Made by a program: the position numbers and the translations under genes. A DNA stretch of 64,000 nucleotides, taken from assembly GCA_964647585.1 (NCBI GenBank), contig CAZYGG010000006.1, forward strand, positions 25,831-89,830, in the 5' to 3' direction. Within the stretch, counting starts at the first letter, position 1. Every line of letters starts with the position of its first letter. Under the pieces are notes generated by a model. That model saw nothing but the letters and a program-made list of their open reading frames with translations. It did not search any database and was not told where the DNA came from. This DNA comes from an uncultured Desulfobacterales bacterium (GTDB lineage: Bacteria > Desulfobacterota > Desulfobacteria > Desulfobacterales > CAJINA01). This document shows, one piece after another, positions 45,659 to 55,056 of this stretch.

Positions 45659-45810
45659 TTTAGGCTGAAGGCTGAGGGTGAAGGCGGTACGAAAGCTATT
45701 GAAACTAAGATTCAGCCCAATCCATTGCAGTTCTTGTTTTCAAAAATTAAATCTGACAAACAGGCCTAAAGGTTTTTCATCAGCCTTCACCTTCAGTCTT
45801 CGGCCTGAAA
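45659..45810. repeat. Long imperfect hairpin repeat (TTTAGGCTGAAGGCTGAGGGTGAAGG ... CCTTCACCTTCAGTCTTCGGCCTGAAA)
   Basis: The arms are at 45659..45687 and 45781..45810. It has the same degenerate AGGCT/GAAGG unit style as 41499 and 46441. Confidence 0.5.
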
Positions 45811-45901
45811 ACCTGAATCTGGCCACGCTACGACTGAGGGTTTTGATTGCACGCCCTTTCTTAAGGCAACCCAAATCCTGGCCTCTCCGGGATAGGATTC
45901 T

Positions 45902-46354
45902 CTACAACTGCGGCAGGATCCGGTCTATATGGGCCGCTATGATCCCGTAAACTTTTTTATAAAGTTCCAGGGAACCGCCCATGGGATCCTGAACGGCGTG
46001 CTTCTTTTTAGGTTTGTCCGGCCAGGCGCCCAGCAGGACAATCCGATCACTGTGCCAGGGGTAAAAGGTCTTGAGAAACGCCACATGCCCCGGCTCCATG
46101 CAGAGGATAAGATCGGCGGTCTGGAGTTCTTCCCCGGAAATCGGCCGCGACCGGTGTTCGGAAATGTCAATGCCGTTTTCCGCGCAGACCTGTTGGGCCA
46201 GATCCGTTGCCGGCGAGTCGTCCAGGCCATGAACCCCCATGGAAGCGACGGACCTGTCATTTTCACCGGTTTCAATCCAGCGCTGTCTCAAGATTCCTGC
46301 GGCCATCGGGCTGCGGCAGATGTTGCCCGTACATACAAAAATGATATCCGGCAT
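45902..46354 (-). CDS. Low-molecular-weight protein-tyrosine phosphatase
   Basis: The N-terminal IIFVCTGNICRSPMA is the CX5R(S) P-loop, and the DP motif (QDPMGG) is present. Confidence 0.9.
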   Translation of the reverse strand: MPDIIFVCTGNICRSPMAAGILRQRWIETGENDRSVASMGVHGLDDSPATDLAQQVCAENGIDISEHRSRPISGEELQTADLILCMEPGHVAFLKTFYPWHSDRIVLLGAWPDKPKKKHAVQDPMGGSLELYKKVYGIIAAHIDRILPQL

Positions 46355-46440
46355 AACCGATCCTTCCTACTTTTATATCAGGCTTGGCCTCCTTGTTTCT
46401 TTGGGAGGCTGGTACTGGCCTGTTAGAGGCTTTTAGGATT

Positions 46441-46506
46441 TTAGACTGTAGGCTGTTAGGGTTTGCCTGTGGATGGTTTTCCTACAGCCTAAATGCCTAT
46501 AGCCTA
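46441..46506. repeat. Hairpin repeat of the TAGACTGTAGGC / CCTACAGCCTA family
   Basis: TTAGACTGTAGGCTGTTAGGGTTTGCC-tgtggat-GGTTTTCCTACAGCCTAAATGCCTATAGCCTA lies between the LMW-PTP start and the SLOG-gene stop. Confidence 0.55.
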
Positions 46507-46518
46507 CTCTCCTATTCT

Positions 46519-47316
46519 TCATTTAACCACCCTGAGTCTATGCGTTTTTGAAAGTTTTTTCCAGAGTTCAATAATAATGGCCATTCCCGGTTCGGTTTCA
46601 CCCACGGGTTCTTCGTCCAGGTACCGGGAGCAGGCGGCCGTCAACAGGTCGTTGCCCCGGCCCAGGGCGAATTCATCTCCCAGGTACGTATCCAGGGCCT
46701 GGAGCAGACTTTTCAGCTGGTCGGCCTGTAGATGGGCGATGGCACTTTTGTCCCTGAGGCGGAGTTGCTTGGCCAGCATATCGACGGCCTGGTCGATTGA
46801 TTCGGGCCGGCTGGTCAGGCTGGCGGCAGTTTTGCGTCCGGGCATCTGGACCAGTCCGAGATAGTAGGCGCTTTCCAGGATGTCCGCGGTTGCCTTGTAG
46901 ATATGCGGATCCTGGCTTGCCCTTGCCCCGGCGACATTCAGAACCCGGATATCATATTCCGCGATCCAGTCATTGAGGCTCCGGGCGGCGTCGAAGGCGC
47001 TGGCAGTGTTGAGATCGACATGCAGCCACGGCCGGCCGTGCCGCTCGGCCACCTGCTGCGTCAGCAGGGAGCCGCCCGAAAGCGGGCCATGGGAAAAAAT
47101 GACGGTCGCCTCGGCCGACACCACATTTTTTTCCGTCCGCAGGTGGTATGCGTCGGTGGGCATTTCTGTAAGGCCGTACTTATCCGGCAGGGGACCGGCC
47201 TCGGTTTTACGTCCCCGGGGGATCCAGCCGCCATGGTCGATTCCCAGTCGCATGGCGGTATCCAGTGCACCCTGGTCAGCGCCGGTTTGTCCGCCTGAAA
47301 TGATTTTTTCCAGCAT
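46519..47316 (-). CDS. SLOG-superfamily 'putative molybdenum carrier' (YpsA/MoCo-carrier-like) protein with extra C-terminal helical domain
   Basis: The N-terminal IISGGQTGADQGALDTA...GGWIPRGR...NVAGARAS is the diagnostic GGQTGxD Rossmann-like motif. The C-terminal ~100 aa end ...MAIIIELWKKL. Confidence 0.7.
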   Translation of the reverse strand: MLEKIISGGQTGADQGALDTAMRLGIDHGGWIPRGRKTEAGPLPDKYGLTEMPTDAYHLRTEKNVVSAEATVIFSHGPLSGGSLLTQQVAERHGRPWLHVDLNTASAFDAARSLNDWIAEYDIRVLNVAGARASQDPHIYKATADILESAYYLGLVQMPGRKTAASLTSRPESIDQAVDMLAKQLRLRDKSAIAHLQADQLKSLLQALDTYLGDEFALGRGNDLLTAACSRYLDEEPVGETEPGMAIIIELWKKLSKTHRLRVVK

Positions 47317-47710
47317 GGGTGTTACCTGTTATTTAATCAGCCGACTTGTTTTTTTTACACCTCACAGAATATTGTACAGCCCTTGTATGATTGCAATACA
47401 AAAGGCGAATATTGCTTCAAGTTATTAGAAACGCGCTTCAGTTTTTTGAAATTTCTATTTTTCCATGGGTATGCTAGAGAGCCGATACCGCCACCTGTCT
47501 TATTGTTTCTAATCTGTGAATATCTATACCGTAACAAACAGGGTGGACAACTGAATTGATTCTGTTATGATTTCTCTGCATCATAGCCACCCTCCCTTTT
47601 GGATATAAATCTTCATGCTTTACGCGTAGAGGATAGCTGTGACATATCAATACAGGGTTGATTCCGGATTCATTGTGTGCCAGAAGGCATGAAAATTTAT
47701 GGAGAAAACC

Positions 47711-48853
47711 ATGACGATCCAATCCAAGCTTCCTGATGTGGGCGTGACCATTTTCACGGTGATGACCCAGCTGGCCATTGAGAACCAGGCCATCAACCTG
47801 TCCCAGGGGTTTCCCGATTTTGATCCCGACCCGCAGCTCAGAGAGCTGGTCTGGAAATACATGCAGGCCGGCCACAACCAGTATGCCCCCATGCAGGGCA
47901 TTCCGGTCCTGCGGGAAAAAATCGCCGCCAAGACGGAAGCGCTCTATGGTCGGACCTGTGATCCGGTTACCGAAATTACGGTTACCGCCGGTGCCACCGA
48001 AGGCCTGTTTGCCGCTATTACCACGGCGGTACAGCCGGGTGATGAAGTTGTCATCATTGAACCGGCCTATGATGCCTATGTGCCGGTTATTGAACTCAAC
48101 GGCGGCCGGCCGGTCTTTGTCAAAATGACCTTTCCCGATTACCGGGTAGACTGGGTGGCGTTGAAAAAGGCGCTCACCCAAAAAACAAGGATGATTATCC
48201 TCAATTCGCCCCACAACCCCACCGGGTCCGTTCTATCCGCCGAAGATATACAAAGTCTGCGCGGCCTTGTGGCCGGTACGGATATTTTCATTTTAAGCGA
48301 TGAAGTCTATGAGCACATTGTTTTTGACGGCCAGCGCCACGAGAGTATCCTCCGGTATCCCGACCTGGCCGACCGAAGTTTTGTGATCAGCAGTTTTGGG
48401 AAAACCTACCACACGACGGGCTGGAAGGTCGGGTACTGCCTGGCGCCGAAAGATCTGTCGGCTGAATTTCAGAAGGTGCATCAGTTCCTGACCTTCGCCG
48501 TGAACACCCCGGTTCAGCTCGCCTACGCCCAGTTTCTCGACAACCGGGAGGCTTACCTGGGGCTGGCGGTGTTCTACCAGCAAAAACGGGATCTGTTTCT
48601 AGCGCTCATTGAAAAATCACGTTTCAAGGCGCTGCCGTGCTCCGGCACCTATTTCCAGATGCTGGATTACTCGGCCATCACGGATGCGCCCGATGTGGAC
48701 TTTGCCCGCACGATGACCGTTGAGCACAAGGTGGCGGCGATTCCGCCGTCTGTCTTTTATCACGACCAGACCGATGCCCGGGTGTTGCGATTCTGTTTTG
48801 CCAAAAACGACGAGACCCTGAAGGAGGCCGCGGAAAAATTATGCAAGATCTAA
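47711..48853 (+). CDS. ybdL: Methionine/glutamine-family class I aminotransferase YbdL
   Basis: It is collinear with my recollection of E. coli YbdL throughout (QSKLP..GVTIFT, INLSQGFPDF, NQYAPM, SSFGKTYHTTGWKVGYC, RFCFAK). GGAG lies 7 nt upstream of the ATG at 47711; an alternative start is at 47699. Confidence 0.9.
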   Translation: MTIQSKLPDVGVTIFTVMTQLAIENQAINLSQGFPDFDPDPQLRELVWKYMQAGHNQYAPMQGIPVLREKIAAKTEALYGRTCDPVTEITVTAGATEGLFAAITTAVQPGDEVVIIEPAYDAYVPVIELNGGRPVFVKMTFPDYRVDWVALKKALTQKTRMIILNSPHNPTGSVLSAEDIQSLRGLVAGTDIFILSDEVYEHIVFDGQRHESILRYPDLADRSFVISSFGKTYHTTGWKVGYCLAPKDLSAEFQKVHQFLTFAVNTPVQLAYAQFLDNREAYLGLAVFYQQKRDLFLALIEKSRFKALPCSGTYFQMLDYSAITDAPDVDFARTMTVEHKVAAIPPSVFYHDQTDARVLRFCFAKNDETLKEAAEKLCKI

Positions 48854-49635
48854 CCGTCACCGTCGTCCAGAGCGAGCTTGTCTGGGAAGACCCGGCGGCC
48901 AACCTGGAACTTTTCAGCCGGCAGCTGGCCGGCCTGGCCGGCAAAACCGACCTGGTGGTCTTGCCGGAAATGTTTTCCACCGGATTTTCCATGACCCCGC
49001 AGCCGGTGGCCCGACCCATGGACAGCGCGGCCGTTCGGTGGCTGCAGGAAACCGCCGCAGATCTGGATGTCCATCTGGTGGGCAGCCTTATGACGGTTGA
49101 AGACGGTTGCTACTTTAATCGACTCATGTGGGCCAGCCCCACCGGTGAACTGCACGCCTGCGATAAACGCCACCTGTTCAGGATGCTGGGCGAGGAGAAA
49201 GTCTATACCGGGGGGCAAACGCTCCTGACCGTAACGGTACGGGGTTGGAAAATCCGGCCGTTTGTCTGTTATGATTTACGTTTTCCGGGCTGGTCCCGCA
49301 ACCTCGACAACGCCTATGACGTGTCCATATTCGTGGCCAACTGGCCGGCCAAAAGGGCGGAGCACTGGAAAGTGCTATTAAAGGCGCGGGCCATTGAAAA
49401 CCTGAGCTATGTGATCGGGGTCAACCGGGTGGGGACCGACGGCAACGGATTGGCTTACAGCGGCGATTCGACCGTCATCGACCCGGTGGGGAATACATTA
49501 TTTGCGATTCACGATGAGCCGGCAGTACGCACCGTAACCCTTTCACGGGAGATCCTTGAAAACTGGCGCCGGGACTTCCCGGCGTGGATGGATGCGGACC
49601 ATGATATTCTATCCCTCCCCGACACCGACTCATGA
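48841..49635 (+). CDS. yafV: Omega-amidase YafV (nitrilase-superfamily C-N hydrolase)
   Basis: Contains LPEMFSTGF, DKRHLFRM, VCYDLRFPGWSRN, ANWPAKRAEHW and ARAIEN. It matches E. coli YafV blocks including the catalytic E-K-C. Confidence 0.9.
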   Translation: MQDLTVTVVQSELVWEDPAANLELFSRQLAGLAGKTDLVVLPEMFSTGFSMTPQPVARPMDSAAVRWLQETAADLDVHLVGSLMTVEDGCYFNRLMWASPTGELHACDKRHLFRMLGEEKVYTGGQTLLTVTVRGWKIRPFVCYDLRFPGWSRNLDNAYDVSIFVANWPAKRAEHWKVLLKARAIENLSYVIGVNRVGTDGNGLAYSGDSTVIDPVGNTLFAIHDEPAVRTVTLSREILENWRRDFPAWMDADHDILSLPDTDS

Positions 49636-50534
49636 AACAGTTGTTGACTGCTTTCAACCGGACCCCGCCCTGGTTTCAGCTCACCGTTGGGGCTGTTTTA
49701 ATCAGTTTTTCAGGTGTTTATGTAAAAATTGCCCATGTCAGTCCTGTGGTCGCCGGGTTTTACCGGATGCTGTTCGGCGGGATCGTCCTGCTGGTCCTGG
49801 TCCTGCTGCGCCGGGAACTGCGCTTCAAGGGCTACGGCTATCTGGCGGTCGGGCTTTTCTGCAGTTTCTGGCTGGCGGTGGACCTGACCTTATGGCACTA
49901 CAGCATCCACATGATCGGGCCCGGCCTGGCCACCATTCTCGCCAATTTCCAGGTGTTTTTCCTGGCTGTAGCGGGGGTGTTGTTTCTGGGTGAAAAGCTT
50001 GGCCCGAAACTGATTATTTCCATCCCCATGGCGCTTTTCGGGCTGTTTCTGGTGGTGGGTATCCAGTGGGAGCAGTTGAGCGGAAACTATAAGTTCGGTG
50101 TCTATGCCGGGCTCATCGCGGCGATCTGTTACACCCTGTTTCTATTATCCCTGCGAAAAATTCAGAAAATGGAAAATCCACTTTCAACGGCGGCGACCCT
50201 CACCTATATAACCATTCTGACCACAGGGTTTGTGGCCCTGGATGTCTGGCGCCAGGGATACAGCTTCCGGATTCCGGATGTGCAAAGTTATCTATCCCTG
50301 GGGGCCTATGGGATTACCAGCCAGGCGGTGGGGTGGTTGATCATTACCCGGGCGCTGCCGAAAATCAGGGCCTCCCTGGTGGGGATGATCCTGCTCCTCC
50401 AGCCGGCGCTGGCCTTTGTCTGGGACATGCTGTTTTTCAACCGGGAGACGACCCTGGTGGGTCTGGCGGGGATCGCGATTACCCTGGCGGCCATTTACCT
50501 GGGGGTGACTGCCAAGCAGGCTTCATCCAAGTAG
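49632..50534 (+). CDS. DMT-superfamily transporter (two EamA domains)
   Basis: 300 aa with 10 TM segments. The start overlaps the yafV stop. Confidence 0.8.
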   Translation: MKQLLTAFNRTPPWFQLTVGAVLISFSGVYVKIAHVSPVVAGFYRMLFGGIVLLVLVLLRRELRFKGYGYLAVGLFCSFWLAVDLTLWHYSIHMIGPGLATILANFQVFFLAVAGVLFLGEKLGPKLIISIPMALFGLFLVVGIQWEQLSGNYKFGVYAGLIAAICYTLFLLSLRKIQKMENPLSTAATLTYITILTTGFVALDVWRQGYSFRIPDVQSYLSLGAYGITSQAVGWLIITRALPKIRASLVGMILLLQPALAFVWDMLFFNRETTLVGLAGIAITLAAIYLGVTAKQASSK

Positions 50535-50535
50535 A

Positions 50536-51417
50536 TCAGATTGTGGCATAGAGATCATTTTCAAGCGTAACCCGGCCAGTTTCCATGAGACCTTCCAGAT
50601 GTTTTTTGATAATGGCCCACTCGGCGAACCGGTAAAAATCCACAGGCTCTCTCTCCTTACGGTAGACGATCCAGGCAGCAGTGATTTCTTCACGGGATCT
50701 GGGTGTGACGAGGAATTCAAGCAGTTTGTTTTCTCTTTTAGTGATCACTGCCAGATAGTCGGACCACAGGTGTCCCGGCGGTTCTTCGAAAATTCCGGTT
50801 TCGTGACAGGTGAGCCAGGTTTGGGCGGGGCGCTTTACAAGTTTGTGGACGGAATCAATGGTATCGGTAATACTCGAATCCCGGTCGCCGTACCAGGGAC
50901 CGAAAGGGGTGAGATCGTAGTCGCCGAGAAAAAGAACGCCGTGTTCCGGGAAAAAGAAACAGAGGTGTCCCGGGGTGTGTCCGGGGGTGTGCAGGATCTC
51001 CACGGTCAGGCTACCCAGTTTCCGGGGTCCCTCTTCCAGGGTGATTTGCGGTGTTCGGGGCCGATAGTGAAACATGTCAGTGGCGATGGAACGCCAGCTT
51101 TCCCGGAAGGCGGGTGTTTCGATATCGTAGGCGTCCAGGAAATTTTCCACATCGGCCAGGGGCGGGGCATCCAGCGGGTGGATGCCCAGGGGCAGGTCGT
51201 CAAACAGGTCGAGGTCCATGAAATGATCTTCGTGCCAGTGGCTCAGCCAGACCTGCTCTACGCCTTCATCATCTCGCAGTCTTTTCAGGCGCTCCCGGTC
51301 CGAAGCGGGATCGATGAGGATTTTGGCGCCCTCGATATAGAGGGAATGACAATAGGGGTATTTCCCGCGGTTGATACCGGGAATGAAGCGTATGGGGCCG
51401 AAATTTGTCTCTTCCAT
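50536..51417 (-). CDS. MBL-fold metallo-hydrolase
   Basis: Contains SHWHEDH (HxHxDH), a later HTPGHTPGH, and a C-terminal winged-helix-like tail. Confidence 0.8.
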   Translation of the reverse strand: MEETNFGPIRFIPGINRGKYPYCHSLYIEGAKILIDPASDRERLKRLRDDEGVEQVWLSHWHEDHFMDLDLFDDLPLGIHPLDAPPLADVENFLDAYDIETPAFRESWRSIATDMFHYRPRTPQITLEEGPRKLGSLTVEILHTPGHTPGHLCFFFPEHGVLFLGDYDLTPFGPWYGDRDSSITDTIDSVHKLVKRPAQTWLTCHETGIFEEPPGHLWSDYLAVITKRENKLLEFLVTPRSREEITAAWIVYRKEREPVDFYRFAEWAIIKKHLEGLMETGRVTLENDLYATI

Positions 51418-51442
51418 GCCTCGAACTCGTGAAAGATTCGGG

Positions 51443-51868
51443 TTACCTGCCGGAGTAGGCCTGCTTCCAGGAGGCCGTCACGTTTTTCCGGCAGTCGGCC
51501 AGGGCCAGGTAAAGCGCTCCCACGGCCAGTTCGGCACAGTGAAAGTGCCCTTCCGGAAGGGTTTCGAGAAAGGCGGCCACCTGTTCCGGAGAAACGTCCC
51601 AGGCCTTTTCAACCGTCTGGCCTTCCACCAGGTGGGCCACGGTATTGGCGCAGGCGTTGGTGTTGAGACAGCCGTCTGTTGCAAAACTTACATGTTTGAT
51701 CCGGTCGCCTTCCAGCAGCAGGGAGATTTCGATGGTGTCCTGGCAGTCGCCGGTCTTCTTCCCGTAACCATCCGGGTTCCTGATCTTTTCGTGGTGATCC
51801 GTACGCAGGGCCATTTCCAGGTAGTTCCGGGAGTGGTCCTGCCAGAAATTCATGCTTTCTTCAGTCAT
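51443..51868 (-). CDS. NifU/IscU N-terminal-domain-like Fe-S scaffold protein
   Basis: 141 aa with GDCQDT, ATDGCLNTNACA and HCAELA, which are the three conserved Cys positions of U-type scaffolds. Confidence 0.7.
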   Translation of the reverse strand: MTEESMNFWQDHSRNYLEMALRTDHHEKIRNPDGYGKKTGDCQDTIEISLLLEGDRIKHVSFATDGCLNTNACANTVAHLVEGQTVEKAWDVSPEQVAAFLETLPEGHFHCAELAVGALYLALADCRKNVTASWKQAYSGR

Positions 51869-51972
51869 TTGCCTTTTTCTACCCCTTTTGATTACTGGTG
51901 TAACTGGGTGAGAAAATAGGGCGAGAGACTCATTTTGTCAACCGGGTATCCTCCCAAGTTTTATTCGACCTG

Positions 51973-53430
51973 TTATTTTTCCAGGATGACGAGCACCCGG
52001 TCCGGATCGCCAAAGACCATGGCCTGCTGGGTGCGGCCATAGTTTCGGCGGGCCGCATAGCTCATTTCCCGGTCCAGGTACTGGTGTACTTCGTTCAGGG
52101 TAATGCTGCCATCCGCTTTCCCATAGCGGTTTCGGTCGGCAGCGCCGCCGAGGGCCTGTAAAAGGTGCCGGGTGAACAGGCCGTGCTCGGTTTCCCGGTC
52201 CCAGCTGGCCATCTGGTCTTCCCGGGCGGCGGAGATGATGGTCAGCCCGCCAGCCGGCGCGGTACTGGCAACTACCCGGACTCCTGAGGCATTGCGTACG
52301 AGCTGGCCGCCCGGACTCTGTCCCGAGAAGCAGGCGTCAATAATAACAGTGGTGGTGCGGGCTTCCATTTTCGAAAGGTTGCTGTAGAGAAGCTCCAGGG
52401 GGTAGCCCTGGAGTTCGGCCATGTCCGGGTTGCCGCCCACGGGCAGCAGGTAGGCGCGTCGGTCTTTTGTCCCCGGGATCCCATGGCCGGAGTAAAAGAC
52501 AAACAGGTCTGATTCCCGCGGCCGGATCCAGCGCCAGAGCTTGCCGGTGTGGGAGCGGGCATTGCCCAGGACGGCTTCCATTTCGGCCAGTGTGGCATCT
52601 CTCAGATCGATGATGTTCCGGTCGCTGACGCCGAGGGTTTCGATGGCGAATAGGCGCCAGGCATCGGCGTCGCGATGGGCGAAATCAACCGGGGGAACCT
52701 GGCCGGTGTAGTCACGGTTACCGATGATAACGGCCACGGCATCCGGGTTGGCTGCCAGGGGCGCAGCAGCTGCCCGGGCTGGCGCTTGCTTAGATGGCTT
52801 TTCAAGATTTTTAACTGGTTTTACAGTTGGTTGGCGTGATTGTCCCAACAGGCTGGTAAGCTCCATTTCATAGGTGCTCCAGAACTTGGCCAGCCCCATG
52901 CGCAGGGCTGTGGGTGGCGGCTGCATACGTTTGAGCCGATCAGTGGAACTGTCTTTTACCCGCAGGCGCATTCCTAGCGAGACATCGATTCCTTCAGGAT
53001 TATCCTTAATGAAGACATTGCCCAGGACCTCCTTGCCGGAGGGGTCCAGGGTCACCCACCATTGATAGAAGCTCAGGTCCTGACTTACAAGGTCCCGCAT
53101 CGCCCGGGTTTCAGCGGCCTGAACCCGCTCCCACTCAGGTGCGGTCAGCGGGGTTGGCGCCGGGGCAGCCATGAAGATGAAACCGGTTTCGTAAGTTTGA
53201 TTTTCGATGACCATGCCGAGTCGACTGGCGGTTAACTGGGCCGCCTCGAATCCCTGCTGTTTGGTTGCCTTGAACGAACGCCGCCCCTCCTGGAGCAGGA
53301 TCTGTTCGTTTTCCGATTTCCAGCCCGACTCCACGTTGAGGGCTGCCTTTTTTATAGAGTGCTGGGATACACAGGCCGGGGCAATAAATGCGAGGTAAAT
53401 CACAACCGCTATACGAATGAGGGTAAACAT
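51973..53430 (-). CDS. Caspase-family (peptidase C14) lipoprotein
   Basis: It has a lipobox-like signal (AFIAPAC). The C-terminal half has VAVIIGNRDY, FVFYSGHG (catalytic His) and IIDACFSG (catalytic Cys). Confidence 0.8.
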   Translation of the reverse strand: MFTLIRIAVVIYLAFIAPACVSQHSIKKAALNVESGWKSENEQILLQEGRRSFKATKQQGFEAAQLTASRLGMVIENQTYETGFIFMAAPAPTPLTAPEWERVQAAETRAMRDLVSQDLSFYQWWVTLDPSGKEVLGNVFIKDNPEGIDVSLGMRLRVKDSSTDRLKRMQPPPTALRMGLAKFWSTYEMELTSLLGQSRQPTVKPVKNLEKPSKQAPARAAAAPLAANPDAVAVIIGNRDYTGQVPPVDFAHRDADAWRLFAIETLGVSDRNIIDLRDATLAEMEAVLGNARSHTGKLWRWIRPRESDLFVFYSGHGIPGTKDRRAYLLPVGGNPDMAELQGYPLELLYSNLSKMEARTTTVIIDACFSGQSPGGQLVRNASGVRVVASTAPAGGLTIISAAREDQMASWDRETEHGLFTRHLLQALGGAADRNRYGKADGSITLNEVHQYLDREMSYAARRNYGRTQQAMVFGDPDRVLVILEK

Positions 53431-53724
53431 AATGACACCTCCTTTTCCGGATGCGTTGGTTGCGCCCTTCTTACATTGTGATCCGTCAATTCAGAGGCAA
53501 ACGATTCGGAGGGATCGTTTTGAGCACACCTGGTCATGTGTTAAGCTTGGGCATGTAGTTGCCTATCTTTCAACATGCATGCCAGCCAACCCAGATTCTA
53601 TTAACATACTGGATTTATATATTATATTTTTCATTTGCATCGCCGCGCCTGTTGTAGTACAGGAGAACGTGTGGCATTAGGTGCCATGGCATGTATACAT
53701 ATAGTGATCTATTCGGGGGAAAAC

Positions 53725-55056
53725 ATGGGGACTTCTTATATACTTGATCCGGAAGAGCGCGATTATTTTGTCCTGGTAAACCGGGCCGTACTCACCAACC
53801 CTTTCAGTGATCAGCGGGAAAGGCTCGATAAGGAGATCGCCGGCCGGTTGTCCGGAAACGATCGGGAGCACCCGATTGACGCTGCGATCCGGGAGGTGTC
53901 GTCGCGTTTAAAGCGACTGCGAATAGAGGGTCGCCTGGATATCAGCCGCTACATCGGGGAGGATCGGCGAGTACTGGAACGCGCGCTGGCCTTTGATGTT
54001 TTTTATCGCCATGTCGATCAACTGGACCAATTAATACAGGATCAGATAGCCCGGGGAGAAAAACCCCTGAAAGTTGAGTTTGCCGAAGAGATGCTCGGGG
54101 CCATGCAGGCCGGGGGCATATCGCGGGTCGCGGCCAGGCGCTATCTGGAATACAGTTTTCAATTCCGGCGGGCCTATTTTTTCATATTCAGGGGGCTCAT
54201 CGGCCGCAGCCGGGGGATGCGCCATTTGCGGGAACGTTTGTGGAACAACGTGTTTACAATGGACCTGGATATTTATAATCGCCACCTGCGCGACCGCATG
54301 GAGGATTTTTCCACCCTGATACTGGGGGAAACGGGTACCGGTAAAGGGACGGTGGCGGCGGCTATCGGGCAGTCGGGTTTTATTCCTTTTGATGAAAAAA
54401 CCGGCCGATTTTCGGAAAGTTTCACCCGGTCATTCATTGAGTTGAATCTTTCCCAGTTCCCGGAAACCTTGATCGAATCGGAGCTTTTCGGCCATCGCCA
54501 GGGGGCATTCACCGGTGCTATCTACAATCACGAGGGGGTCTTCAGCCGCTGCAGTCAACACGGGGCCATTTTTCTGGATGAAATCGGGGAGGTGTCGCAG
54601 CCGATCCAGATCAAGCTGCTGAAGGTGCTGGAAGAGCGGCAGTTCAGTCCGGTGGGTAGTCATGATATATTCAGGTTCAAGGGGCGCGTCATTGCCGCCA
54701 CCAACCGGGCGTTCAATGACATTGTGCAGCACAAGATCCTGCGGGAGGATTTTCTCTATCGCATGTGTTCGGATGTGATCGTCGTACCGCCTTTGCGACA
54801 ACGCATAGAGGAAGATCCGCGGGAACTGGACGACCTGCTGGCTCATACCGTCCAGAGGATTACAGGTCGGCCTTCCAAAGATCTGACAGCCCTCTGTCGC
54901 AAGACCATTTCATCTGATTTGAGCCGGGCCTACCCCTGGCCCGGAAACGTAAGGGAACTGGGGCAATGTATCCGGCAGATACTGCTTAACCGCACCTGCA
55001 AGAGTATTCACCAGGTCGCCATGAACGGGGGGGGGGCCGCGCCGGGAAGGTGGTGA
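53725..55056 (+). CDS. Sigma-54-interacting AAA+ activator lacking its DNA-binding domain because of a frameshift (see 55025..55210)
   Basis: Contains GETGTGKG, SELFGHRQGAFTGA, FLDEIGEV and WPGNVRELGQ. The N-terminal ~190 aa are an unrecognised sensor domain. The ORF terminates 20 nt after a G10 run. Confidence 0.8.
   Translation: MGTSYILDPEERDYFVLVNRAVLTNPFSDQRERLDKEIAGRLSGNDREHPIDAAIREVSSRLKRLRIEGRLDISRYIGEDRRVLERALAFDVFYRHVDQLDQLIQDQIARGEKPLKVEFAEEMLGAMQAGGISRVAARRYLEYSFQFRRAYFFIFRGLIGRSRGMRHLRERLWNNVFTMDLDIYNRHLRDRMEDFSTLILGETGTGKGTVAAAIGQSGFIPFDEKTGRFSESFTRSFIELNLSQFPETLIESELFGHRQGAFTGAIYNHEGVFSRCSQHGAIFLDEIGEVSQPIQIKLLKVLEERQFSPVGSHDIFRFKGRVIAATNRAFNDIVQHKILREDFLYRMCSDVIVVPPLRQRIEEDPRELDDLLAHTVQRITGRPSKDLTALCRKTISSDLSRAYPWPGNVRELGQCIRQILLNRTCKSIHQVAMNGGGAAPGRW

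Noticed and set aside
47317-47698. A 380-bp ORF-free leader upstream of ybdL, examined for a SAM/methionine riboswitch or small RNA.
   Set aside because: I could find no match to remembered SAM-I, SAM-II or S-box core sequences. There are only short generic stems (GGGTGG...CCACCC). An Infernal/Rfam scan would be needed, so I make no call.
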